Notes under the pieces: model-generated
Database searches by the model: none
Told to the model about the DNA's origin: nothing
Seen by the model: the letters and a program-made list of their open reading frames with translations, nothing else
Source of the DNA: Gammaproteobacteria bacterium
Lineage (GTDB): Bacteria; Pseudomonadota; Gammaproteobacteria; GCA-002705445; GCA-002716945
Direction of reading: 5' to 3'
Assembly: GCA_038142325.1 (NCBI GenBank)
Contig: JAYQJW010000002.1
Span: 128,001-192,000, forward strand
Length of the DNA: 64,000 nucleotides
In this document: in pieces, positions 54,963 through 64,000 of the stretch
Layout of the letters: each line of letters begins with the position of its first letter
Numbering within the stretch: the first letter of the stretch is position 1
Program-made: the position numbers and the translations under genes

Positions 54963-57115
54963 GCAATATTGACTTTGACAGCTCTTTAAATAAGCAACAA
55001 CTAATTGCAGTTAATTGTGACGAGGGAAATAAGCTTGTTTTAGCAGGTGCAGGAAGTGGTAAAACAAGAGTTTTAACATATCGGGTTGCAAAGTTAATAA
55101 GAGATTTTGGTATTAGACCTTCTGATATCCTTGCATTAACATTTACCAATAAAGCATCCAGAGAGATGAAAGATAGAATAGAGTAATTACTTAAGATTTC
55201 CTCTCAAGGATTATGGTTTGGAACTTTTCATGGAATTTGTCGAAGAATTCTAAAAATACATTGGAAAGAAGCTGAGTTATCAGAAAGATTTACCATCCTA
55301 GACTCTCAAGATCAACTTAGATTAATTAAACGAATAATAAAAACAAATAACTATGATGAGAAACTCTATGATCCTAAATCAATTCAATCCTTTATAAATA
55401 GAAAAAAAGATAGAGGTTTGAGGAGTAATCATATAAGCGAAAAAGATGACGATATATTTGTATCAGTATTTAAAGAATATGAGGCAATATTAAAACAAAC
55501 TCTATCTGTTGATTTTGCTGATTTGATATTAAAAACATACGAACTACTCACAAAACATGAAAATATACACACATACTACTCACGGAGGTTTAAGCATATT
55601 CTTGTTGATGAGTTTCAAGATACCAATTTACTTCAATTTAAATTACTAAAATTGTTAAATAATGATTCTGGGTCTCTGTATGCAGTTGGAGATGATGATC
55701 AATCTATTTATGGCTGGAGAGGAGCATTAAGTAAAAATATTAAATCATTTACTGATCAATTTTCTGATGTTCAAGTATTTAAATTAGAGCAGAACTATAG
55801 ATCAACTAATAAAATTTTAGAAGTAGCAAACTCTTTGATTGCTCATAATAAAAACCGTATGGGTAAAGATTTATGGACTCAATCTGATAGAGGGGATCCT
55901 GTAAAAATTTTTGAAGCTTATAACAATGATGAAGAATCATCTTTTATTGTTGAGAAAATTAAAATGTTAGAACGCGAAGGCTACAAAAAATCAGAAATGG
56001 CAATTCTATATCGTAACAACTTTTTATCCAGAAGATTAGAAGAAGAGTTAAATGGAAGAGGAATACCATATATTATTTTTGGTGGGTTTAGATTTTTTGA
56101 AAGATCTGAAATTAAAGACATGATTGCTTATCTAAGAGTAATTGTAAATCCAGATGATGATGCAGCCTTCGAGAGAACAATTAATAATCCACCTAGAGGT
56201 ATTGGACAAAAAACTATTGATGTAATAAGAACTTATGCAAGGGAAAATAGTTTATCCTTATGGAAAACTATTAAACATTTTCAAAATAATGAGCATAAAG
56301 AGATTACATCGAGAGTTAGGACGTCACTCTCGCATTTTATTGAACTCATCGAAACAATATCAGCTGAGTTAAATGACTTATCTTTAAAAGAAGTTCTCAT
56401 AAAAATTTATGATAAGTCTAAATTAAAATCATATTACTCTGAACAAAAAGGAGAAGAATCAATTTCTAAACAAGAAAACATTGAAGAACTTTTCATAACA
56501 GCTGAAAACTTCATAAAAAATAATATAGATAGCGAGAATCTTATCGATGATTTTCTTGACAATGCTGCACTTGAAGCTGGAGATTATCAATCTAAACTAG
56601 ACAATGATCCAGTACAACTTATGACAATACACTCAGCTAAGGGTTTAGAATTTCCGATAGTCTTTTTAACGGGTTTAGAAGAAGGTATCTTCCCTAATGA
56701 AAATAGAAAAAGCGGAGATGATTTTCTTGAAGAAGAGAGAAGGCTTTGTTATGTGGCAATTACGAGAGCGATGAAGACACTTTATCTTACTTATGCGAAT
56801 GCTAGATATTTACATGGATCATATAATTATTTAATGCCATCAAGGTTTATAAGTGAAATCCCTAATGAGTTATTGGAAAATGTTAAGTCTGATGGTTATC
56901 AATATCAAAAGAGAAATAATGTAGTCTCTATTAAAGCTAAATCTAAAAATAAAAATGGTATAAAAATTGGGGCAAGAGTTAAACATCAGAAATTTGGGAC
57001 AGGAGTTATATTGAGCTATGAAGGCGAAGATGATAATTTAAAACTTTATATTAACTTTGAAGACTATGGTTCTAAGTGGTTAGTGTTAACATATGCTCAC
57101 CTTGATTTTTTGTAA
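54959..57115 (+). CDS. uvrD: DNA helicase II (internal TAA at 55184, probably a sequencing error)
   Basis: [39 protein letters not shown] and [14 protein letters not shown], all in one frame. Confidence 0.95.
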
Positions 57116-58198
57116 ATGAAAAATAATAGACGAAAATTTTTTAAATCCATCGGGCTTTTAACGGCTGGAGCTCTGGCTAGTGGACTTTCATCTGAGAAAT
57201 CATTTGCTCAGAAAAAAATTCAATGGAAGATGGTGACATCTTGGCCAAAGAATTTCCCTGGGTTAGGAGCTGGCGCAGAAACATTAGCTAATTATATTAA
57301 TCTGTTATCAGGCGGGAGTTTGAAGATAAAAGTATTCGGAGCTAATGAATTAGTCCCTCCGTTAGGCGTATTTGATTATGTTTCCTCTGGAGGAGCTGAA
57401 ATGGGACATTCTGGAGCATATTATTGGAAAGGCAAAACAGAAGCAGCACAATTTTTTTCATCTGTTCCATTTGGGATGACTGCACAAGAAATGAATGCTT
57501 GGTTGTATTACGGGGATGGTTTGCAACTATGGGAAAAAGTTTACAAAGATTTTAATCTTGTTCCTAGACCTGCTGGAAATACAGGTGTCCAAATGGGGGG
57601 ATGGTTTAATAAAGAGATAAATTCGACAGATGATCTTAAGGGTCTTAAAATGAGAATTCCGGGGCTAGGAGGTGAAGTGCTTGCTAGAGCAGGCGGGACA
57701 CCTTTCACGCTTGCTGGCTCTGAAATATTTACGTCACTACAAACTGGTGTAATAGATGCAACAGAATGGGTAGGTCCTTATAATGATAGAGCATTTGGTT
57801 TACATAAGGCTGCAAAATTTTACTACTATCCTGGATGGCATGAACCTGGCCCTTCATTGGAATGTATCATCAATAAAGATGCATATAATAATCTGTCTAC
57901 ACAGCATCAATCAATAATAGATATTGCATGTAAAGCTGCAAATATTGATATGATTTCTGACTACATGTCAAAGAATTATCAAGCATTGGAGTTCTTTCAA
58001 AAAGAAAAAGTTCAAATCAAACAGTTTCCAAAAGAAGTTTTATCTAAATTAAATAGCATAAGCAAGGAAGTGCTTTTAGAGTTAAGCAATAAAGATAATC
58101 TGTCTAAGCAAGTATATGACTCATATATGAACTTTCTAAAAAGGGTAAGACCTTGGACATTGATATCCGAAGACGGATACTTAAATTCATTTGAGTAA
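57116..58198 (+). CDS. TRAP transporter substrate-binding protein (TakP-like) with Tat signal
   Basis: NRRKFFK twin-arginine signal; WKMVTSWPK, GNTGVQMGGWF, MRIPGLG and YYYPGWHEPG motifs. Confidence 0.9.
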   Translation: MKNNRRKFFKSIGLLTAGALASGLSSEKSFAQKKIQWKMVTSWPKNFPGLGAGAETLANYINLLSGGSLKIKVFGANELVPPLGVFDYVSSGGAEMGHSGAYYWKGKTEAAQFFSSVPFGMTAQEMNAWLYYGDGLQLWEKVYKDFNLVPRPAGNTGVQMGGWFNKEINSTDDLKGLKMRIPGLGGEVLARAGGTPFTLAGSEIFTSLQTGVIDATEWVGPYNDRAFGLHKAAKFYYYPGWHEPGPSLECIINKDAYNNLSTQHQSIIDIACKAANIDMISDYMSKNYQALEFFQKEKVQIKQFPKEVLSKLNSISKEVLLELSNKDNLSKQVYDSYMNFLKRVRPWTLISEDGYLNSFE

Positions 58199-59524
58199 TT
58201 TTTCTGGAAGATAAGTAGCCAAATCCGGAAATATAAATATTATTATAACCAAAAATATTTGTATTAATAAAAATGGAAATATTCCTTTGTATATTTCGAT
58301 AGTTTTTACAGTTTTTGGCAAAACACCTCTGAGATAGAATAATGAGAAACCAAATGGAGGTGTGATGAAAGATGTTTGTAATATTAATGCAATTAATATA
58401 CCAATCCATAATGGATCAAATCCAAGTGTAAATAGAGCTGGACCGATTAATGGAATTACTATGAATGTAATTTCAATAAAGTCTAATATAAAACCAAGTA
58501 AGAACATTAATAATAGTACAATTATGAGTGTCAAAATTTTATCATCTGGCAATTCTATTAAAAATTTATGGATGAAATCCTCACCACCTAAACCTCTGAA
58601 GACTAAGGAAAAAAGAGTTGCTCCAATTAGAATCATAAAAACCATGCTTGTGAGCTTAATAGAATCATAAATACTTTTATCTAGGATTTTTTTTGTTAAA
58701 TTATTACGACTATATGCGAGAAAGATGGCGCCAAGTGCGCCAAGTCCAGCAGCCTCTGATGGGGTTGCTAAACCAAATATTATCGAGCCCAAAACAATGA
58801 ACATCAGTCCAAGAGGGTAAACAATTGAAGAGATATTTATTTTTGATATAGATTTTTTCTCGATTGATTTAACACTTAGCGTTTTAAGATAAATAATATA
58901 GAGAATAGGTAATAAAAGACCGGGAAGTATTGCTCCTAAAAATAAATCAGCAATAGTAATAGTTTCAGGACTAAAAATCCCCATATTTAGTTGTGCTTGT
59001 TGGTAGGATGACGATAATACATCTGCAAGGAGGATTAATACTAACGATGGTGGTATTATTTGTCCTAACGTGCCAGAAGCACAAATTGTACCTGATGCAA
59101 CTCTCGATGTGTATCCATTTTTGATTAAAACAGGATATGTCAATAATCCTAGAGTTACTACGCTTGCCCCAACTATACCTGTACTGGCTGCTAATAATGC
59201 ACCCACAATTACTACAGATATTGCTAAACCACTATCTGTTTTATTAAACAAAGCATTCATATCTTTTATTAAACTTTCTGCTATTTTTGTTTTTTCTAAA
59301 ACCAAACCCATAAAAATGAAAAGTGGTACAGCTAAAAGATTTTGATTTCCCATTACACCATACAAGCGATTAGGAAATGCCATTAAATATGAGTAGTCAA
59401 AAAAATCTAAATAAACTCCAAGCAATGCAAATAATAGAGAAAAGCCAGCTAATATAAAAGCAACAGGAAAACCACTCAAAAGTAGTATGAAAGTAAGTAC
59501 AAGAAATATAACTATACTTTCCAT
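58187..59524 (-). CDS. TRAP transporter large permease (DctM family)
   Basis: LLAVPLFIFMG, AASTGIVGA, GTLGQIIPPS and QTSFITPPFG motifs. Confidence 0.92.
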   Translation of the reverse strand: MESIVIFLVLTFILLLSGFPVAFILAGFSLLFALLGVYLDFFDYSYLMAFPNRLYGVMGNQNLLAVPLFIFMGLVLEKTKIAESLIKDMNALFNKTDSGLAISVVIVGALLAASTGIVGASVVTLGLLTYPVLIKNGYTSRVASGTICASGTLGQIIPPSLVLILLADVLSSSYQQAQLNMGIFSPETITIADLFLGAILPGLLLPILYIIYLKTLSVKSIEKKSISKINISSIVYPLGLMFIVLGSIIFGLATPSEAAGLGALGAIFLAYSRNNLTKKILDKSIYDSIKLTSMVFMILIGATLFSLVFRGLGGEDFIHKFLIELPDDKILTLIIVLLLMFLLGFILDFIEITFIVIPLIGPALFTLGFDPLWIGILIALILQTSFITPPFGFSLFYLRGVLPKTVKTIEIYKGIFPFLLIQIFLVIIIFIFPDLATYLPEKLLK

Positions 59525-59530
59525 ATGATT

Positions 59531-59992
59531 TTATTTAACTAATCTGCCAAGGGCTTGAATTAATAACAAACTTGCAAAAACATAAATTGATGACTTAAGT
59601 ATGTATATAAATGGTAAACCTCCAGGCTCTCCTGAGCTTTCCAACATTTCCCAAGATCTAATTATTATTGGCGTACTCTCATACAATACAAAAAGACAAA
59701 AGGGGATAATGAGAAATACTGTACCTAATACCTCGATATATTTTTTTACTTCAGCGTCTAATTTATTTGAAAAGACATCTATCCTTACATGAGAATTTTC
59801 CTTTAGACATATCGATATTCCAAAAAGAAAAATAAATGCATGCAAATACATCACAAGCTCTTGCATGAAAATGAAATTAATATTGAAAATGTATCTAAGG
59901 AGAATATTTACAATTACCAAAATAAACATAATATAAAAGAAATATTTTGTAATATATTCAGAGATTATTGATATCTTTTCTAAAAAATTCAT
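59531..59992 (-). CDS. TRAP transporter small permease (DctQ family)
   Basis: QEL, HVRIDV and PGGLP motifs; 4 TM segments. Confidence 0.9.
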   Translation of the reverse strand: MNFLEKISIISEYITKYFFYIMFILVIVNILLRYIFNINFIFMQELVMYLHAFIFLFGISICLKENSHVRIDVFSNKLDAEVKKYIEVLGTVFLIIPFCLFVLYESTPIIIRSWEMLESSGEPGGLPFIYILKSSIYVFASLLLIQALGRLVK

Positions 59993-60915
59993 TTGTTCTC
60001 TAATCTTTTTTTGAGGATATTCTCAAATGTCGAAGGGTCTTTGATGTGAGTAATTTCACCAACTTTGGGAAATATCATATCTGCTAACCTTGAAATGTAA
60101 AATCTTAATCCAGCTGCAATCATTGCATTATTCATCTGTTTCATTTCTTTTTTTGTGATGGTCCTCACTGAATTATAACTGTTAATAAAACTGTGATATT
60201 TTGTAGCATTGATGGATCCATTTTTATTTACACACCAGTCATTAGCAATAACAGCTAGTTCGTATACTAAAGGGCCATTGAAAGAATAATAATAATCTAT
60301 AATACCTGTAATTTTATTGTTGCTCGCTAAAACATTATCCCTAAATAAATCTGAGTGAATTACACCACATGGAAGATTTGAACTAAATATTTTTTTAAAA
60401 ACTTTGCTACAGTGTTTAATGAGATTAAGTTGATTAGGCTCTAGGTGACCCTCAATCTTCTTACTTGTTTTCTCAATCCATTTAATATCTCTGCTGTTAG
60501 AAATCATACCTTGGTATTGCTGGCTAAAATTATGAAAGGTCCCAATGACTTCTCCAAGTGATTTACATAGCATGCTATTTGATTCATTGACTGTCTTTCC
60601 AGATAGTTTTTGCATGATTGAACAAGGTTTTTTCTCAACAGTTGTCAAAACATCCCCAGATTTAGTGATCATAATCTCTGGTGCACATAATCCTTTTTTT
60701 GAAAAAAAATTCATTAATTTAAGATACTTTGTTACCTTAGTTTTTTTTATATCTTCAAATATAGTAATTACATACTTGCCTTTATCAGTATTCAAAAAAT
60801 AGTTTGTATTAGTAATACCATCTGAGATTCCATCAAACGATTTAAGAGAGCCAATGTTGTATAGAGAAAGAATTTCTTTTATGTGCTTGTTTTTTAGAAT
60901 TGTATATACAGACAT
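59989..60915 (-). CDS. thrB: type II homoserine kinase
   Basis: MSVYT, GITNTNYFL, IHSDLFRDNVL and KDP motifs; divergent from polA. Confidence 0.9.
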   Translation of the reverse strand: MSVYTILKNKHIKEILSLYNIGSLKSFDGISDGITNTNYFLNTDKGKYVITIFEDIKKTKVTKYLKLMNFFSKKGLCAPEIMITKSGDVLTTVEKKPCSIMQKLSGKTVNESNSMLCKSLGEVIGTFHNFSQQYQGMISNSRDIKWIEKTSKKIEGHLEPNQLNLIKHCSKVFKKIFSSNLPCGVIHSDLFRDNVLASNNKITGIIDYYYSFNGPLVYELAVIANDWCVNKNGSINATKYHSFINSYNSVRTITKKEMKQMNNAMIAAGLRFYISRLADMIFPKVGEITHIKDPSTFENILKKRLENK

Positions 60916-60963
60916 GTATTTATGATATATAACTTTTAATGAACAAACGATATCTAAATTTAT

Positions 60964-63644
60964 ATGGATTTCCAAGAAGAAAGTGCAGAATATTTTATTA
61001 TAATTGATGGTTCCTCTTATTTATATAGAGCATTTTATGCTTTACCGAACTTAAAAACATCAACAGGTATACACTCTGGAGCAGTACATGGTTTTGCTAA
61101 TATGTTGAATCGTGTCATCAATGAGTACGATCCAAAATATCTTCTTATGGTTTTTGATGCAAAAGGTAAGAACTTTAGGCACGAGATTTATGATCAATAC
61201 AAAGCTAATAGAAATTCAATGCCAAAAGAACTCTCTGAACAAACAGGTGCAATTATTGATTTAGTGAGAGCATACGGTATAAAAGTAATACAGGAAAAGG
61301 GTGTTGAAGCAGACGATGTCATAGCAACAGCTACAAAACAAGTTAAACTAAATAATACAAAAACAATAATTTCATCTGGAGATAAAGACCTTGCACAACT
61401 TGTTAATAATAATGTCGTCCTTATAAATAATTTTGATTCTAAAATACTTGATCAACAAGGGGTCATTGATAAATTTGGAGTAAAACCAGAGCAAATCTTT
61501 GATTATCTATGTTTAGTTGGTGACACTTCGGACAATATCCCAGGAGTGCCTAAGGTAGGACCGAAGACAGCTGTTACATTGCTTGAAAAGTACGGCAGCC
61601 TAGATAATATTATCTCTCATTCTAGCGAGTTGAAAGGTAAGCTGAGAGAAAACATGGAATCCTCATTTGATACAATTAGTCTTGCAAAAAAGTTAGTTGC
61701 CCTCAAAGATAATCTGAAACTTAGTATTAAAACCAAAGAACTTGAAAGGGGTAAGATAGATGAAACAAAATTAGGCTCAATAATTAAAAAATATGAACTC
61801 AAGTCACTATCAACAAAGTTAAATATTAAAAGTAATCGACAGATAATAAAGAAAGATTACAAGTTAATAAAAAATATAAGTGAATTAAAGACTGTTATTG
61901 AAAAGTGTAAAAAAAGAAGGAATTTTCGTTTGATACTGAAACTACTTCACTTGATTTTAATCAAGCTGAACTAGTTGGATTTAGTCTTAGTTACAAGGAA
62001 CATCAAAGCCACTATTGCCCTTTGAATCACAACTCTACAGATAAAGTGAATTTACCTTTCAATGACTCTATAGACTTACTCAAGGAGCTTTTTGAAAACG
62101 ATGATCTTACAGTAGTGGGTCAGAATCTTAAATACGATATCAATGTTCTTAAAAAATACGCACTCAAAATAACATGCAATGTTGAAGATACAATGCTCAT
62201 GTCATACGTACTGAATTCTGGCGGAAAACATGATCTGGATACTCTCTCATTAAAGTTTTTAGATCACAAACCAATTTCATATGAAGATGTTACTGGTAAA
62301 GGAAAAGATCAGATTTCTTTTGCAGATGTAGAGATTTCAAAAGCAGTAGAATATGCTTGTGAAGATTCTGATATTACATATCTCCTATATAAAAAGTTAT
62401 CTTCAAGTCTTTCAAGAGATAAAAAACTTTTATCTATCTATCGTGATATTGAAATCAAGTTGATGCTCATTATTGCAGAAATGGAATACATTGGTGTATC
62501 TGTAAATAAAGAGGAGCTTGATTCCCAATCTAAGGATTTATCTGAACGTTTAAAAAAGATTGAAAAAGATATATATAAAATTTCTGGAAGAGAATTTAAC
62601 ATTAGTTCGCCCAAACAAATACAAGAGATTTTCTATGATGAGCTTAAGCTTCCAGTTTTAAAGAAAACACCTAAAGGTCAACCTTCAACGAATGAGGATG
62701 TAATGACACAGTTAGCTGAAGAGCATGAGCTACCTAGTTTAATTTTATCATTTAGAAATCTTTTAAAACTTAAAAATACATATACTGATAAACTAGGTAC
62801 TGAGGTTAGCAAAATATCAAATAGACTTCATACATCATACAATCAAACAATAACTATAACGGGTAGACTATCATCTTCTTCCCCAAATCTTCAAAACATA
62901 CCTATAAAAACTGATGATGGTAAAAAAATTAGATCAGCATTTGTTCCTAGATCGGGATATAAACTTTTTTCTGCAGATTACTCTCAAATAGAATTAAGAA
63001 TTATGGCTCATCTTTCAGAAGACCAAGCTATGATTGATAGTTTCATAAATGGAGAGGATATTCATGCGTCCACGGCTCGAAGAGTGTTTAACACAAATAA
63101 AAATCCGTCTGAAGATGAGAGGAGAGCTGCAAAGGCGATTAACTTTGGTCTTATTTATGGAATTTCTGCTTATGGGCTTGCAAGACAACTTAAAATCGAC
63201 AATATTGAAGCCAAAAATATAATTGATACTTATTTTGCTAAATATAAACGTGTAAAAGAGTACATGGAGGAATTAAAAGCATTTGCTAATAAGAATGAGT
63301 TTGTTGAGACAATGCATGGGCGCAAAGTATTTTTACCCAATATAACTCACTCAAATTTTCAAGTTAGAAGTGCAGCTGAGAGAACTGCTATTAATGCTCC
63401 TATCCAAGGTACAGCAGCAGATATATTAAAAATAGCTATGATCAATATTAACGCCTGGTTAAAACGGGATGAGGCTGATGCATTTATGATAATGCAAGTT
63501 CATGATGAGCTTGTATTTGAGATGAGACATTCTGATTTAGAAAATTATGGCGATAAAATATGTACTTTAATGTCTGATGCATACAAACTTAAGGTTCCTT
63601 TAATTGTAAATACATTTAGTGGAAAAAACTGGCGAGATACATAG
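60964..63644 (+). CDS. polA: DNA polymerase I (frameshift in A-run near 61910)
   Basis: DGSSYLYRAF, EADD, GDTSDNIPGV, TGRLSSSSPNLQNIP, ADYSQIELR, KAINFGLIYG and QVHDEL motifs. Confidence 0.97.
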
Positions 63645-63654
63645 TCTCGATTCA

Positions 63655-63682
63655 TTGCACAATATTGATATTTAGATATAAT
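63655..63682 (+). promoter_or_regulatory. sigma70 promoter of the cytochrome c4 gene
   Basis: TTGCAC-16 nt-TATAAT, 7 nt before ATG 63690. Confidence 0.6.
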
Positions 63683-63689
63683 TAGCCCA

Positions 63690-64000
63690 ATGAAATTTCT
63701 GTCTATCTTAGCTACTATCTTTTTTGTAACGATAAACCTTATAAATCCTGCGTATTCATCTGATATAGATAAAGGCAAAGAACTATCAGCATCATGTGCT
63801 GCTTGTCATGGCGACAATGGCATCTCAGTCAATCCAGTTTGGCCAAAACTTGCAGGCCAAAATCCTAAGTACTTAGCATCTCAGCTTTATGAGTTTAGAA
63901 AAGGAGCAGAAGGCAACAGAAATAATGCAGTTATGTACGGCATAGCTGTGACATTATCAGATTCTGATATTGAAGATTTATCAGCTTATTATGCATCACT
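63690..64000 (+). CDS. cytochrome c4/c553 (partial, runs off window; missed by ORF track)
   Basis: Signal peptide, CAACHG heme motif, WPKLAGQNPKYL and axial Met (AVM). Confidence 0.9.
   Translation, partial: MKFLSILATIFFVTINLINPAYSSDIDKGKELSASCAACHGDNGISVNPVWPKLAGQNPKYLASQLYEFRKGAEGNRNNAVMYGIAVTLSDSDIEDLSAYYAS

Noticed and set aside
55184-55186. In-frame TAA in uvrD as stop-codon recoding
   Set aside because: It is an isolated case, and TAA is the normal stop codon throughout the window; most likely a substitution error.
1750-61930. Mass pseudogenisation or phase variation (hisF, tatA, gpmA, msrA, pyk, trpE, ubiH, gck, hemL, spoT, ubiB, polA and others)
   Set aside because: Breaks are single-base indels, mostly in A/T runs, in genes that include essential ones and whose motifs are otherwise intact. 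This is typical of unpolished long reads.
2686-63778. Numerous short antisense or alternative-frame ORFs in the ORF track (e.g. 3933-4298, 15276-15704, 36641-37027, 39513-39905)
   Set aside because: They are shadows of well-supported genes, with no motifs or translation signals of their own.

Overview
AT-rich, very compact chromosomal segment of a free-living, probably marine, streamlined gammaproteobacterium. It is almost entirely housekeeping genes: his, tat, rpoD-msrA-tRNA-Ile2, tkt-gap-pgk-pyk-fba, trp, rplM-rpsI, zapAB-pepP-ubi, hemL, lgt-thyA-folA, gmk-rpoZ-spoT-ubiEJB-uvrD, a TRAP transporter, polA and cytochrome c4. About 20 genes, several essential, are split by single-base indels, mostly in homopolymers, which indicates an unpolished long-read sequence rather than pseudogenes. 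I found no integrase, transposase, prophage or CRISPR array. Notable items: (1) a ~113-aa, ~60% Lys/Arg histone-H1/protamine-like protein encoded by a 30-bp tandem repeat and missed by the ORF track; (2) a methylotroph-type sgaA-hpr-gck (serine-cycle) operon; (3) orphan redox carriers (pseudoazurin, XylA-like ferredoxin, rubredoxin); (4) a tRNA-punctuated rpoD operon ending in a CCUCCUCC hairpin plus terminator; (5) several apparently leaderless promoters; (6) absence of 6S RNA/ygfA, hisI and engB from their usual loci. Family assignments come from motif recognition by eye, not from database searches.
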